A stretch of 64,000 nucleotides of DNA from Pavona decussata (lineage: Eukaryota): assembly GCA_977016875.1 (NCBI GenBank), contig CDRNST010000127.1:248001-312000 (forward strand), written 5' to 3'. Shown here piece by piece: positions 53,501 to 62,205 of the stretch. A program made the translations under genes and the position numbers. Within the stretch, counting starts at the first letter, position 1, and each line of letters starts with the position of its first letter. The notes under the pieces were generated by a model that made no database searches, was not told where the DNA came from, and saw only the letters and a list, made by a program, of their open reading frames with translations.

Positions 53501-54441
53501 GGTTATAATGTCCGGAGTCCAGGGCTGCTCCACTTTATGAAGCTTTCATGATCATACATTTAGAAGGAAAGTAGCCGCAACAAATCAATTCTTGTCTTAA
53601 ACGGAATTGTATGTCAAACGTTCTTATTTTTTTCTTTTTGCGGCGCTTGTTTCATTCCACTTCGGTTAGATCATAAGTGCCTCCGGGACCGCGTCATTCT
53701 TCTTTCAAACAAGAAAACGAAATCTTTTCCACAAATGGCGGCGAAGACATCGACAACAATAAAACTTTTCGAAATCCAAGAGCAACCTACCTTGTATTAA
53801 TTAAACACCGGCTGCCATATTACAGACCTACTTGTCTTTGACCGTTAGAATACAGATAAGACCTGTTTAGCTTGCGCCACCGTGCATTACGAAGCTCGGT
53901 AGTAAAGAAATCATAGATCTAAAGATCAAATCAGTTCCTACCTTGCTGAGTACCTTTTCTTGCAGCTAATAAGTTTGTTTCACCTTCGTAACGCGAGCGC
54001 AAACTGATGCTTCGAGATTTTCGATACAAACATGACCGATTACCACAAGAGGCGCCAAAGCAATTTCCTTGTGATACAACAGAATGCTTACACCATGTTA
54101 GACCACAACAGCGCGATAAACAGCCATGGAGAGTTGTAAATGAGCTAAGAAAACGCCGGGATCCATGTCTGAGTTTTCCATGTTCATAGATCCCAGAGAT
54201 AAATGCGTAAGTTATGTTTTTGCCATCCCCCTCGCAGGTGTGTGTCGATCCCGAGTAGTCAAAACTTGCGAAGGTACCTGCAGGATGAAAAGTGCTTTTA
54301 GGAAAGCATAAAAACTAACAATCACACGCTTTTCTCCTTGTCAAAAGGTACAAAATACATACCAGCGAAGAGAAGAAGTCCTAGAGTAAGAAATGTCAAG
54401 GTTATGTTGTCTTTTATGGTTGGAATGTGAACCGTATGCAT
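584..54441 (-). CDS. Giant multi-exon gene (22 exons in window, 3' end beyond position 1): secreted/surface protein with ~33 MANSC/MANEC-like (PAN/apple-fold) 8-Cys modules, mucin-like linkers, 2 LamG/ConA-like domains, >=3 EGF domains; >11,500 aa
   Basis: Hand-spliced from GT/AG boundaries. All introns are phase 1 and all internal exons are multiples of 3. The motif C-x8/9-(V/S)TLxGGxxAGxFxxxGxVxxxxxCxxxCCxxxxCDxAFxxxxxCYxxxCxxxxxC recurs across many exons. That all exons join into one transcript is inferred. Confidence 0.8.
1091..1265. mobile_element. Short MITE, TIR related to 58315-58688
   Basis: ATAAACCATATTCCAAAACGGC / GCCATTTTGGAATAAGGTTTAT. Confidence 0.65.
1313..1435 (-). CDS. Exon 21: calcium-binding EGF domain
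   Basis: [40 protein letters not shown]; 123 nt; below the ORF-track cutoff. Confidence 0.88.
1491..1651. mobile_element. Short palindromic MITE
   Basis: ATAGGCCATTTC...TGAACCTCATTAT / ATAATGAGGTTCA...GAAATGGCCTAT. Confidence 0.8.
1884..2521. mobile_element. Outer MITE hosting the 1914-2306 insertion
   Basis: TIR GCCCCATCCACACCA / TGGTGTGAATGGGGC. Confidence 0.65.
1914..2306. mobile_element. TTAA-flanked MITE (Kolobok-like) nested in another MITE
   Basis: TIR GGACGGTGCCTACTA / TAGTAGGCACCGTCC; TTAA at 1910-1913 and 2307-2310. Confidence 0.85.
2750..2875 (-). CDS. Exon 20: EGF-like domain
   Basis: [37 protein letters not shown]; 126 nt with splice sites. Confidence 0.88.
3733..3785. repeat. 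(AAAT)n/(AATT)n microsatellite
   Basis: Seen directly. Confidence 0.9.
3801..3923 (-). CDS. Exon 19: His-rich spacer ([40 protein letters not shown])
   Basis: Acceptor TTTCCCTCAG, donor GTAAGG; 123 nt; frame differs from the ORF-track call. Confidence 0.72.
4083..4416 (+). repeat. Dispersed repeat with hairpin head, copy 2
   Basis: Colinear with 183-480; hairpin GTGTTTTATCGGGTTTAAAACCAC...GTGGTTTTAGACCCGATAAAACAC. Confidence 0.85.
4503..4598 (-). CDS. Exon 18: Thr/Pro-rich spacer ([31 protein letters not shown])
   Basis: Acceptor TCATTACAG, donor GTGAGT; 96 nt. Confidence 0.75.
4971..5792 (-). CDS. Exon 17: two MANEC-like modules
   Basis: ORF 4930-5682 extended to acceptor TTCTCCTTACAG; donor GTAAGC; 822 nt. 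Confidence 0.85.
6180..6635 (-). CDS. Exon 16: one MANEC-like module
   Basis: ORF 6064-6504 extended to acceptor TTCATTTTTAG; donor GTATGC; 456 nt. Confidence 0.85.
6937..8169 (-). CDS. Exon 15: rest of LamG-like domain 2, Thr-rich stalk, one MANEC-like module
   Basis: [28 protein letters not shown]; 1233 nt with splice sites. Confidence 0.87.
8429..8518. repeat. (ATTCT)n + (TAT)n microsatellite
   Basis: Seen directly. Confidence 0.95.
8956..9147 (-). CDS. Exon 14: N-terminal part of LamG-like domain 2
   Basis: LSLYLGFD...DGSGLNNDA parallels exon 11; 192 nt with splice sites. Confidence 0.82.
9718..10116 (-). CDS. Exon 13: one MANEC-like module
   Basis: ORF 9686-10213; acceptor TTTCCACAG, donor GTGAGA; 399 nt. 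Confidence 0.85.
11000..11647 (-). CDS. Exon 12: Thr/Pro-rich stalk plus one MANEC-like module
   Basis: ORF 10992-11693; acceptor TTGTTTATAG, donor GTAAGT; 648 nt. Confidence 0.85.
11699..12224. mobile_element. TTAA-flanked MITE (Kolobok/piggyBac-type target site)
   Basis: TIR GGGAACCTCCACT / AGTGGAGGTTTCCT, TTAA on both sides, internal palindrome 11938-12092. Confidence 0.75.
12492..13118 (-). CDS. Exon 11: LamG-like (concanavalin A-like/pentraxin-type) domain 1
   Basis: Motifs [37 protein letters not shown]; 627 nt with splice sites. Confidence 0.85.
14114..14291. mobile_element. Palindromic MITE
   Basis: Near-whole-length hairpin: GTGCGTT...GGATTTGTGATCTC...GGTGCATCA.AGGAAC.GACGAATC / reverse complement. 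Confidence 0.8.
14673..14767 (-). repeat. Degenerate tRNA-derived SINE head
   Basis: Box A/B-like remnants on the minus strand (CAGCAGTTAGAG...GTTCGATTTC); recognised by pattern only. Confidence 0.4.
14768..15138. mobile_element. Degenerate second copy of the TTAA-type MITE at 1914-2306
   Basis: Colinear similarity (GGGAAA.GCAGATCT, GGCTATTG.AATCC.AAAAGAAAA, TATCTCTGAAAAATG, CAGAACGTAT). Confidence 0.7.
15508..15669. repeat. Palindromic mini-element with central GCCCC-TTC-GGGGC hairpin
   Basis: Arms TCTTATTAGATGGTTTTACATATAATA / TATTATATGTAAAACCATCGAATAAGA. Confidence 0.75.
15681..16502 (-). CDS. Exon 10: low-complexity/helical linker
   Basis: ORF 15664-16497; acceptor TTCTGTCTTAG, donor GTAGGA; 822 nt. 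Confidence 0.78.
17111..36478 (-). CDS. Exon 9 (19,368 nt; 6,456 codons): 16 MANEC-like modules, mucin-like, coiled-coil, basic/His-rich and tandem-repeat segments
   Basis: Uninterrupted ORF 17085-36539; acceptor ...GTTGCTTGCAG|TAG (NAGNAG), donor G|GTATGT. Confidence 0.88.
18340..18915 (-). repeat. Coding tandem repeat, 183 nt (61 aa) x ~3
   Basis: CTCACTGCTCGAGCTAACCC at 18381, 18564 and 18747. Confidence 0.92.
36997..38208 (-). CDS. Exon 8: Ser/Thr-rich mucin-like linker
   Basis: ORF 36959-38221; NAGNAG acceptor (TAG|CAG|), donor GTAAGC; 1212 nt. Confidence 0.8.
38801..44284 (-). CDS. Exon 7 (5,484 nt): seven MANEC-like modules with acidic/Ser-rich linkers
   Basis: ORF 38787-44279; acceptor CCTTCTGCAG, donor GTAAGG. 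Confidence 0.88.
44970..45314 (-). CDS. Exon 6: one MANEC-like module
   Basis: ORF 44956-45315; acceptor TTTTAATAAG, donor GTAAGA; 345 nt. Confidence 0.8.
45381..46145. mobile_element. Inverted-repeat-bounded element containing the tRNA-like gene
   Basis: ~80-bp imperfect inverted repeats at 45381-45462 and 46068-46145; third (direct) copy at ~45747-45799. Confidence 0.6.
45527..45598 (-). tRNA. tRNA-like gene/pseudogene (72 nt, type I body, TGA at anticodon position)
   Basis: A-box TAGTGTAGCGG; D stem GTG/CAC; anticodon arm TCTGT-CTTGAAT-GCAGG; T arm CGAGG-TTCGAAT-CCTCG; acceptor stem only 5/7 paired. Confidence 0.6.
46333..46815 (-). CDS. Exon 5: Ser-rich linker
   Basis: ORF 46247-46855; acceptor TTTTTACACAG, donor GTAAAC; 483 nt. 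Confidence 0.7.
49286..50425 (-). CDS. Exon 4: S/T/K-rich linker plus 6-Cys variant module
   Basis: ORF 49179-50441; acceptor TTGTACAG, donor GTAGGC; 1140 nt. Confidence 0.8.
50912..51214 (-). CDS. Exon 3: one MANEC-like module
   Basis: ORF 50883-51242; acceptor CTCTCTCCCAG, donor GTAAGT; 303 nt. Confidence 0.85.
52860..53410. repeat. ~106-bp tandem repeat, ~5 copies
   Basis: GACCATTCAAATGAAAGCTACTGAGCAGTAC recurs at 52941, 53047, 53153 and 53259, with degenerate flanking copies. Confidence 0.9.
53942..54277 (-). CDS. Exon 2: divergent MANEC-like module (TCEGDG...[32 protein letters not shown])
   Basis: Acceptor CCTGCAG|G, donor G|GTAGG, 336 nt open, 8-Cys spacing retained. Not in the ORF track. 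Confidence 0.8.
54363..54441 (-). CDS. Exon 1: start codon and signal peptide ([27 protein letters not shown])
   Basis: First in-frame ATG after an upstream TAA, hydrophobic core, donor G|GTATGT, phase 1. Not in the ORF track. Confidence 0.7.
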
Positions 54442-56365
54442 TTCTTCATGGTGAATGCTATTCGACGACCACCATAAAATTTAGTGAACTGAAAACAATC
54501 GCTCTGCTGGGAAGCGAAAGGCGGGAGTCATTTCACCCGCCTAATTAGCGGATTACTGTTGCGTCTAGATTTTTGTTAAGATTTCCTCGGAGTTAACAAG
54601 CGTAAAACTTTCGACCGGCCGTTCAGTGTGGAAAATCAATGGTGTGTGGAAGATTACATTACGTCATGTGGAAACAGGTCTTGTAGCTTTGGTTTAGTTT
54701 TGGATGTGGACAAATTTAAACATCAGATCACAACCCAGAAAGGCTCTATCCTCATGTGGGATAAACCAAAACTGGCAAACAATTTGACTGAGTCTTGTGT
54801 TCTTTACTGTAACCAAGGCAAATTACCAAGAAACGACGCACGGAACACTAAACCTGTCAAGATTTGATCTTTTGTTGCGAATGTTTGTTTTGCCATTTCT
54901 GGACTTCGTTTGTGACTCTCTGCCACCTTACAACAAGAAACCAATTATTCGCGGATCAATTGAAACTATGAAAAATTAATGCAGGTACAAGCAAGAGTGT
55001 GAAAGGTTTTGACAAGCTAAATGTTTGGATGGAAGTGATGCGTTTAAATAAGGAAATGACTTATCTGTGGCCCTAAATCAGTGCAATTAGTCAAGAAATA
55101 ACGAAAAATAACACTGTCAGATGTACCGAACTTGGTATCTTCCCAGCTAGGCTAAATTTGCCACAGATAACAGTTCAGTATTGACTCTCCAATTTCTTAA
55201 CTGGAGAGCAAATTCAACACAAATTTGTCGGGCAAATGTCCCGTAAAAGCATAATTACATTTCGCTTCGAAAAACCGGCAAACTGCTCCGCCTAGCAAGC
55301 CCTTGCCAGAAACGCAAGGGAAAGTCTTGAGCCGAGGTTTCCATGTGTGTGCTTCCCTCCGGCATTAAGGCATGATTAATCACACACCTTGCGGCCAAAT
55401 TATCCAGGAGAAGAATAATATTAACTTCATTACAGTGCTGTCTCTTTTCGCAAAGCCTAACAGAAGTGACCCACTAACTGAAAGGGGGTGGGGAGGGACT
55501 ATTACGCGGTCGAGCAGACCCGTTTGTGTTAGAAGAAAAACGTATTCCAGGATTTTAATTTGACTAGCAACGTTTTGAGTTTATCGAAATGAAGGAAAAA
55601 CCAGTGGGTGCTTAAGAGGGGACAGGGAACGCATGGAGGGGCAGGGGTCAAGACAGGTTGGCGTTTCCGCTTACTTGCACTCTTCACATCCGGCACTTCA
55701 CCCCTTTCTTTGCATTCTTCGCCTCTTTGCACTTTTGTTATTGAAAAATTGATATCAAACAGTATCGCACAATATGACAATTTCTTTGTAATTTCTCTTT
55801 CTTTCTTTCTTTCTTTCTACCACCCCTCAATGTCGTCTCTCGCCCATTTTTTCACTCCCTCCAATTTACATTTCCCGTTTCCATCTTTTGCTTCCAATCT
55901 CCCTCCTTATGCTTGGTCCGCACCGGGCTTTTTAACGCAATGTGGCGGCCAAGTTGAAGTCTCAATATTCCAAGAAAACGTATAAACCATGAAGGAACTT
56001 GTGTTAAAGAAAAACGAAGAAAAATCTTCGTCTTGACTGGCTGAGATTTTTGGATTTACATGTAAGATTTTTTCCCTCCAGGTGTGTGGCAAACCGTAAC
56101 TTAGTTTTTCTTGGCGTCCAGAAACTGACAATACCCTAATTAGACTTTTTAACACCCTTTCAAAAATTGGAACATTTTTACTGACGCAGTCGGCTGTGAA
56201 CTCGGACATTGCTTAGTGGATTGGAACGTTCAAAAGCCGAGCGGGACACAGAGGCAAAAAGCACTCATCGTTGTAGAAACATCAGTTTGATGCGGCTCGG
56301 CTCTCCAAACCCTGACTATACCTCATACCAAATCAGTAAATTTTCGGTATCGTTTTGTAGACCTG

Positions 56366-58199
56366 GCGTGCGTTTCTCAAAACTCCCGAGAACTTTTCGG
56401 GCCCGAAAACATTTCGGGGCGCTTTTCGGGTGTTTTTCTCGGGTCCCGAAAAGTGTTTCTCAAAACACCCGAAAGTGTCCCGAATTGTCTCCCGATATTT
56501 TCGGGAATCTTTTCGTGTTAGAGCTGGAAAGATTATTTTAGAACACAGTTTTTTTTATGGTAAAACTTTAATTTTTTCCAGCTAAAAACTGTAACTGTAT
56601 TTGTAAAATAAATTTACGTGTAAATGCTGTTCCTAAAAACAGATTTCAGCGCAGATACTACTGAGCTAACTAGTTCACAACGTGAAGACTTTGGTTTCTA
56701 TTTTAATCATGACCTTTCAAATTGACCGTTGTTGCAGTTCGTCAATGTTTCCATATACCTGTCAAACCGTCAAGACTTGTCAAAGTTTCCATGATACTAT
56801 TGGCTATTCGTTTGAATGAACTGAAAACGTTGCTCACAAATCCCCCAAAAATAAAAACAAGTCAAGGGATGTTTTGGTTTTGAGCAAGTTTTAGCGTCCT
56901 CGGACACCGCATTACCATGAACTCGAAATTTCGAGGTGGAGGCTGATAATTATACAAGAAATAAGTTGTACTGCAAGAAAATGGCTTATCACATTTGCAG
57001 CTTAGCGTTGTCCGATAAAAGTTTTCCAGAATCAGACAAGGTGGGTATCTTTCATGTTTTTTTAGTTGCTGTTTTTGATTTTCTTTTACGAAGTTGTTGT
57101 ACAACCTGTTTGGCGAATACTTTTTCTACATTACCTGAGGATGAAATGATAAATTAAGAGATACCTTAGTCTAGATATAAGTCACTGAGGATAAATTTCA
57201 GCAGCCTGTGTCTTTTAAGCTAGCGCTTACTTACCATGCACCATGGATGCATGCACAAACGGGGAGTGGTAATGAGTCCTTCGGTTGCGGTCGTGATTAA
57301 GGCGATCGAGATGTTCTAAGTCAACACAAAACTTAGGCCAACGTTGTCCACTGTATGAAGACTTATATCCTTAGTGAAAGCTTTCTATTTTACAATAAAA
57401 TAAGCTTAAGTTGAGCTTTAATAATTCTTAAAGCACGAAATCGAGCGCCATGAATCCGGTTACAGTTTTCGCAATCTCGGCGAGTAAATAGGCCAATTTC
57501 AGTTTGAAAACATTTGACTACATTTGTAGGTTTGAAGTTGAGCTTCCTCTCAACCGATTTACGTTAAAAGAGACAGAATTAATTGTCCGTTATACACTTA
57601 AAATATAAAATTTAACCACACTATCAAACTCGGCAATATGTGAACTGCTGAGGAAACTATCAAACTGTCTTTTTTTGGTCTATAATCTCTCAAAAATCAA
57701 GTTTTTTAAGTACGAATTTCACTTCTTTTGCCTTGTCGGTCGTCATTCTTTGAAAGTTCAACTTAAAATACCTGATTTGTAAGAGTTACCTTCGTAAATT
57801 TACTGGAATCAACAAAATCTTTAAGTTCATCTATACGAAGTTTTTGCGCGCACTATTAAACGCATGTAAACCTATGAGATTTTCAGAAATTTTCTCTCGG
57901 TTTTTAAACATTTTTAGCTTGAGTCTAACCCAGTATCTGTCAATTAACTCAAACTCTCGTTTTGGATAACTTTTTCCTTGATAATAGTAACGCAATACAA
58001 CCATTCAACTGAAAAAAGCATTCCCGAAAACGCATTTCGGGAGCTTTCTAGCACCCGTAAATTATCGGGGAAAATTACGTGACTTTTCTCGGGCCCGAAA
58101 ATTTCGTGTGCTTTGAGAAACACCAGAGAGCGTTTTCGGGAGCTTTACGGGGAGCTTTTCGGCCCCGAGAAGTTCTCGGGAGTTTTGAGAAACGCACGC
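56366..58199. mobile_element. Non-autonomous TIR DNA transposon (PIF/Harbinger-like), 1.83 kb
   Basis: Perfect TIR GCGTGCGTTTCTCAAAACTCCCGAGAACT, 3-bp CTG duplication on both sides, subterminal CCCGAAA motifs, no transposase ORF. Confidence 0.85.
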
Positions 58200-58314
58200 C
58201 TGGCCTCTAAAATCCGTACCCATTTTCAGACCTTGAATGGTTAAAATCTATCACTTTTTCCTTTCCGAACATGCCTTTACAGCTTCTATAGTAGTGTACC
58301 CCTGAGGGGGGGAA

Positions 58315-58688
58315 AATAGACCCTTCTCCAAAATGGCAGCAGCAGATTTGAATGAATTAAAATTGAACTGAATGAAAAACTGATACCAGCACTGGAAAGA
58401 GCACCTTTACTTCAGTAACCTTGCAAAGTTTCAGCATATTAGGTGTTATATCAGCTTAAGAAATGTAAGATGAAATTTGACAAATTTGCAGACGTTTGTA
58501 TGAACGTCTGTAAATTTTTCATTTTTCAACTTTAATAATTACATTTTCTCAGCTGACATTACACCTGACATACTGAAACTTTGCAGGGTTACTATAAATG
58601 TAAAAGTACGCTTTCTAGTGCTGGTATACGTTTTTAATTTTACTCGCTTATTTGAATTTTCGGCCGCCATTTTGGAGAAGGGTCTATT
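58315..58688. mobile_element. Palindromic MITE abutting the DIRS end
   Basis: TIR AATAGACCCTTCTCCAAAATGGC / GCCATTTTGGAGAAGGGTCTATT; the interior is also an imperfect inverted repeat. Confidence 0.85.
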
Positions 58689-59261
58689 GAAATTGGAAAT
58701 TTCATCAGTGCGCGAAGCGCACGCATTGAAATTATAATTTCACGAGCAAACCGAAATAAGATATAATAGCGTATTCTCCCCATTCAAGCCATTTCAAAGT
58801 CAAATCGAGGCTATAGAGCCTCGCTTCCGTGCTCTCCCCTTTCATTCTCCAAAATCGGTGAGCGCAAGGGAGCGGAAGAAGACGAGTTGAGACGTAGGAT
58901 AGGAAACAAAATAACTTTATTGTTATGTAGTAACCGCTTTGCACGTGAAAAACGAATGCACTACATTGATAATAAACAATGAAGTGATAAACGCAACAAT
59001 TATGGAGTACAAACGTGTGCTCAAACATTCCCAAAGAGTGGAATATCGTAACTATCAAAAAATGCATGACATACAGCTTGAATATGAAAAACTACAACAT
59101 TGATCAAGTCACTGTAAGTCTCCATTAGGCCTCTTCCAAGGGTCTTGACTGTCACTACACATCCCAGTTGTGCTTAGCACCTGGAAGGAGGAAGCAAACC
59201 GAAATAAGATTTTGTCTCTTAAATCCCTTATAGGGAACATAAATGGGTGGGACAGGGTGGG

Positions 59262-59378
59262 ACGCTATTATATCTTATTTCGGTTTGCTCGTGAAATTAT
59301 AATTTCAATGCGTGCGCTTCGCGCACTGATGAAATTTCCAATTTCACTTCACAAACCTCAATAAGATATAATAGCGTA
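59262..59378. repeat. DIRS internal complementary region (ICR)
   Basis: 59262-59346 is the reverse complement of 58688-58772; 59341-59378 is the reverse complement of 63666-63703. Confidence 0.93.
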
Positions 59379-59390
59379 TGTTCAAAGCAC

Positions 59391-62205
59391 CTAACCTTCC
59401 TGGAGCACCGTGGCCTGGAAGGCATCCTGTCCTGTCCCCTCAGAGACAATATCCCTTAAATAGTGTCTTCTGAAAGTGGACTCTTTCTTCCACTTTGCCA
59501 TGTTCATTATCTCCTGACATGAGAGCCCTTTAGCTTTGGCCTTAGAGGTTGAAGCACCTCTGGTTGAATGAGCTCGAAACTCAGAGGTGTCAACCCCTGA
59601 TTCTTTCATCATTTGTACTAACCACCCAGCAATTGTACAAGGAACTACCTCCTTATGTGGCTTGATATAGCTCAACAGTAGCTGATTTTTATTGCAATCA
59701 GAGCGCCATCCTTTAGTGCGTTCTAAATAACAATTTATGGTTGAGACAGCACATAAGTCAGGGTTAGTGTCAAAGGCAGTGAATGTCAACTTAAGGGGAC
59801 ACTGACCTTTCTTCCTAGATTTTGTTAACCGACCAAGCTCAAAGACTATGCAGCTCTCTTTTACTGTCATGTATCTTAAATCAAGAGCCCGAAGGTCAGA
59901 GGATCTGCCTGCTGAAGCAAGAGCAAGCAGCATACTCAGCTTAAGGGTCAACTGTTTGTCCGAAAGGTTGGCATCACATCCTAGAGTGCAAATAAGATCT
60001 AGCACCCTATCAACATCCCACATCACCACATACCTTGGTTGTGGTGGCCTGGCATTGAAACATGCGTTCAATACTTTGCAAACCAACTCATGTTGCCCAG
60101 CCTTACAGCCTTCAATGGGCTTGTGAAATGCTGAGATTGCTGAGCGGTGGTTATTAAATTGTACGATAGCATCTGCCTTTGTTAAACATTTCTGTGAGGT
60201 AATCAGCTATAGAGGCCACAGTGGAGCAAAATGGATCAATTTCTCTCTGATGACACCAGCCACACCACTGTGACCAGGCGCTATTGTAAGCGCTCGTAGT
60301 TCCCTTGCGCCAGGAGTGGGAGCTGAGTAACTCGGCAGTTTGCTCTGAAACTCCTTTTGCAAGGATGTTTTGCCTGAAACCATCCAAGCCGCTAGTTGTA
60401 AGCTTCCTTGTAGAACAAGGGGGTGTGGCTGTTGACTGGGAGACATAAGGATGTTCTCGAGAGGGAGGAGCAGAACTGGCTGTCTGCAATACATTTCTAG
60501 TAGAACTGGGTACCATGCTTGTGTATGCCAAGTTGGTGTTATCATAACTATTGTTGCCAGGTCTTTCCTGATCTTTGCCAGACAACGGCAAATCATTGAG
60601 AAAGGTGGAAAGCTGTAACCTTTCAGTTTCGACCAAGGAATCTGAAAGGCATCTGTTGCCTGGGCAAATGGGTCTGGAAACCAACTGACATAGTTCATCA
60701 GTTGAGCATTGAGACGGTCGGCAAACAGGTCTATCTCTAGGGGCCCCCAGAGTTGGTCTAGCGCCTGGAATATGCTGGGATTCAGTTTCCAACTGCTCGA
60801 GTCCCAGAAGTGCCTGGACTCCCAGTCTGCCTCGTGATTGTATTTTCCAGGAAGATATTCTGCTGTCAGTGTAATTTGTTTGGTCAGAGCATAACCCCAT
60901 AATTCCTGGGCTATCCCTACCAATACCGAGGATCGTGTACCCCCCATTTTCAATACATAAGCCACTGCTGTCCTGTTGTCCATTCTCAGGTGGACATGCA
61001 ACTGCCTTTCTTTGGCAGTGAAAGCTCTCACAGCAAACAATGCTGCTTTCAACTCCAATGCATTGATATGAAGGGTGTTTGATTCCTGCTGAGACCAAAG
61101 TCCCCTTGTGCGAACCCCTTGGCAGACTGCTCCCCAGCCCTGCAGTGATGCATCTGTCGTTATTACCAGGTCGGGGGCTGGAGTAATTATTGACGGACCA
61201 TTCCAGGTGGAAATCTGATCCACCCACCATTGAAGGTCGTTCTGACAATTCTGGTTGAGTGATACCATTGTCTCGTAACTCTTTCCTGCTAGCAGACCTT
61301 TCACTTGCAACATTTGCAAGGGTCGGTAATGCAAGGGTGCAGGGAGAACAGCCTGCATTGACGAAGTCAGTTTCCCAATTACGTTGGCTAGGGTTCTGAC
61401 GGAGGCAGTTTTTTCCCGAATCAGGTCTCTGCAAGACTGGATGAGTTGATTCATTTTTTCCTTTGGCAATGATAAGTTCATTTCCATTGAATTTATCACA
61501 AAGCCTAGGCACTCCATGCAATGTGAAGGATCTAACACTGATTTCTTCCAGTTGATTACAAAACCCAAATTCTGAAGTAACCAGAGGGTTGAGTCCCTGT
61601 CCCGCAATATTCCCCCCCGAGTCTGATTGAACACAATGATATCGTCTAGATAGACAATCATCCTCAGGCCAAACCTGCGTAACAGGGCCACCACTGGTTT
61701 CAACAGCTTTGTGAAGTAAAGAGGGGCAGGAGCTAGACCAAAAGGGAGGCAAGTGAACTGATACCGTGTGCCCCCCCAAATGAACCTCAGGAAAGGCTGA
61801 TGCTGCTGGCTCATGGGTACACAAAAGTAAGCATCTTTGAGATCTATCTTGATCATGAAATCCTTTTCCTGAATTATATGTTTGAGGAGGTGCAATCCCT
61901 CCATTTTGAAGTGTTGATACACTATGTGGGAATTCAACCTCTTGAGGTTGATCACTGGTCTGCTCCCCCCGTCTTTCTTTGGAACCAGAAATATTGGACT
62001 GATAAACTCCCCTTTCATTGGAGAGACCACCTGAATCGCCCCTTTTTGCGACATCGCTGCAATTTCCTGCTCTATGTTTTCTTCCTCTGACTGATTGTGA
62101 GATATATGAGGGGGCATATTTGTCTGGAGTGGAGTTTGTTGAAAGGGAATCACCACACCAGTGACTATTTGTAAAATGTACTGATCTTGTGTCAGTAATC
62201 TCCAA
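59391..62205 (-). pseudogene. DIRS1 tyrosine recombinase ORF, split by a +1 frameshift near 60156-60158
   Basis: SAM-like N-domain (RKGTTSAYNSAWSQWCGWC) in ORF 60154-62205. Removing one base gives YRTINNHRSAISAFHKPI, which joins ORF 59391-60086 carrying the catalytic R(SSDL), HSTR, W and Y (TFRRHY). Confidence 0.88.

Noticed and set aside
59391-60086. Phage-integrase-like ORF suggesting a prophage or bacterial contamination
   Set aside because: It is the YR of a DIRS retrotransposon, shown by the overlapping RT ORF, ITRs and ICR.
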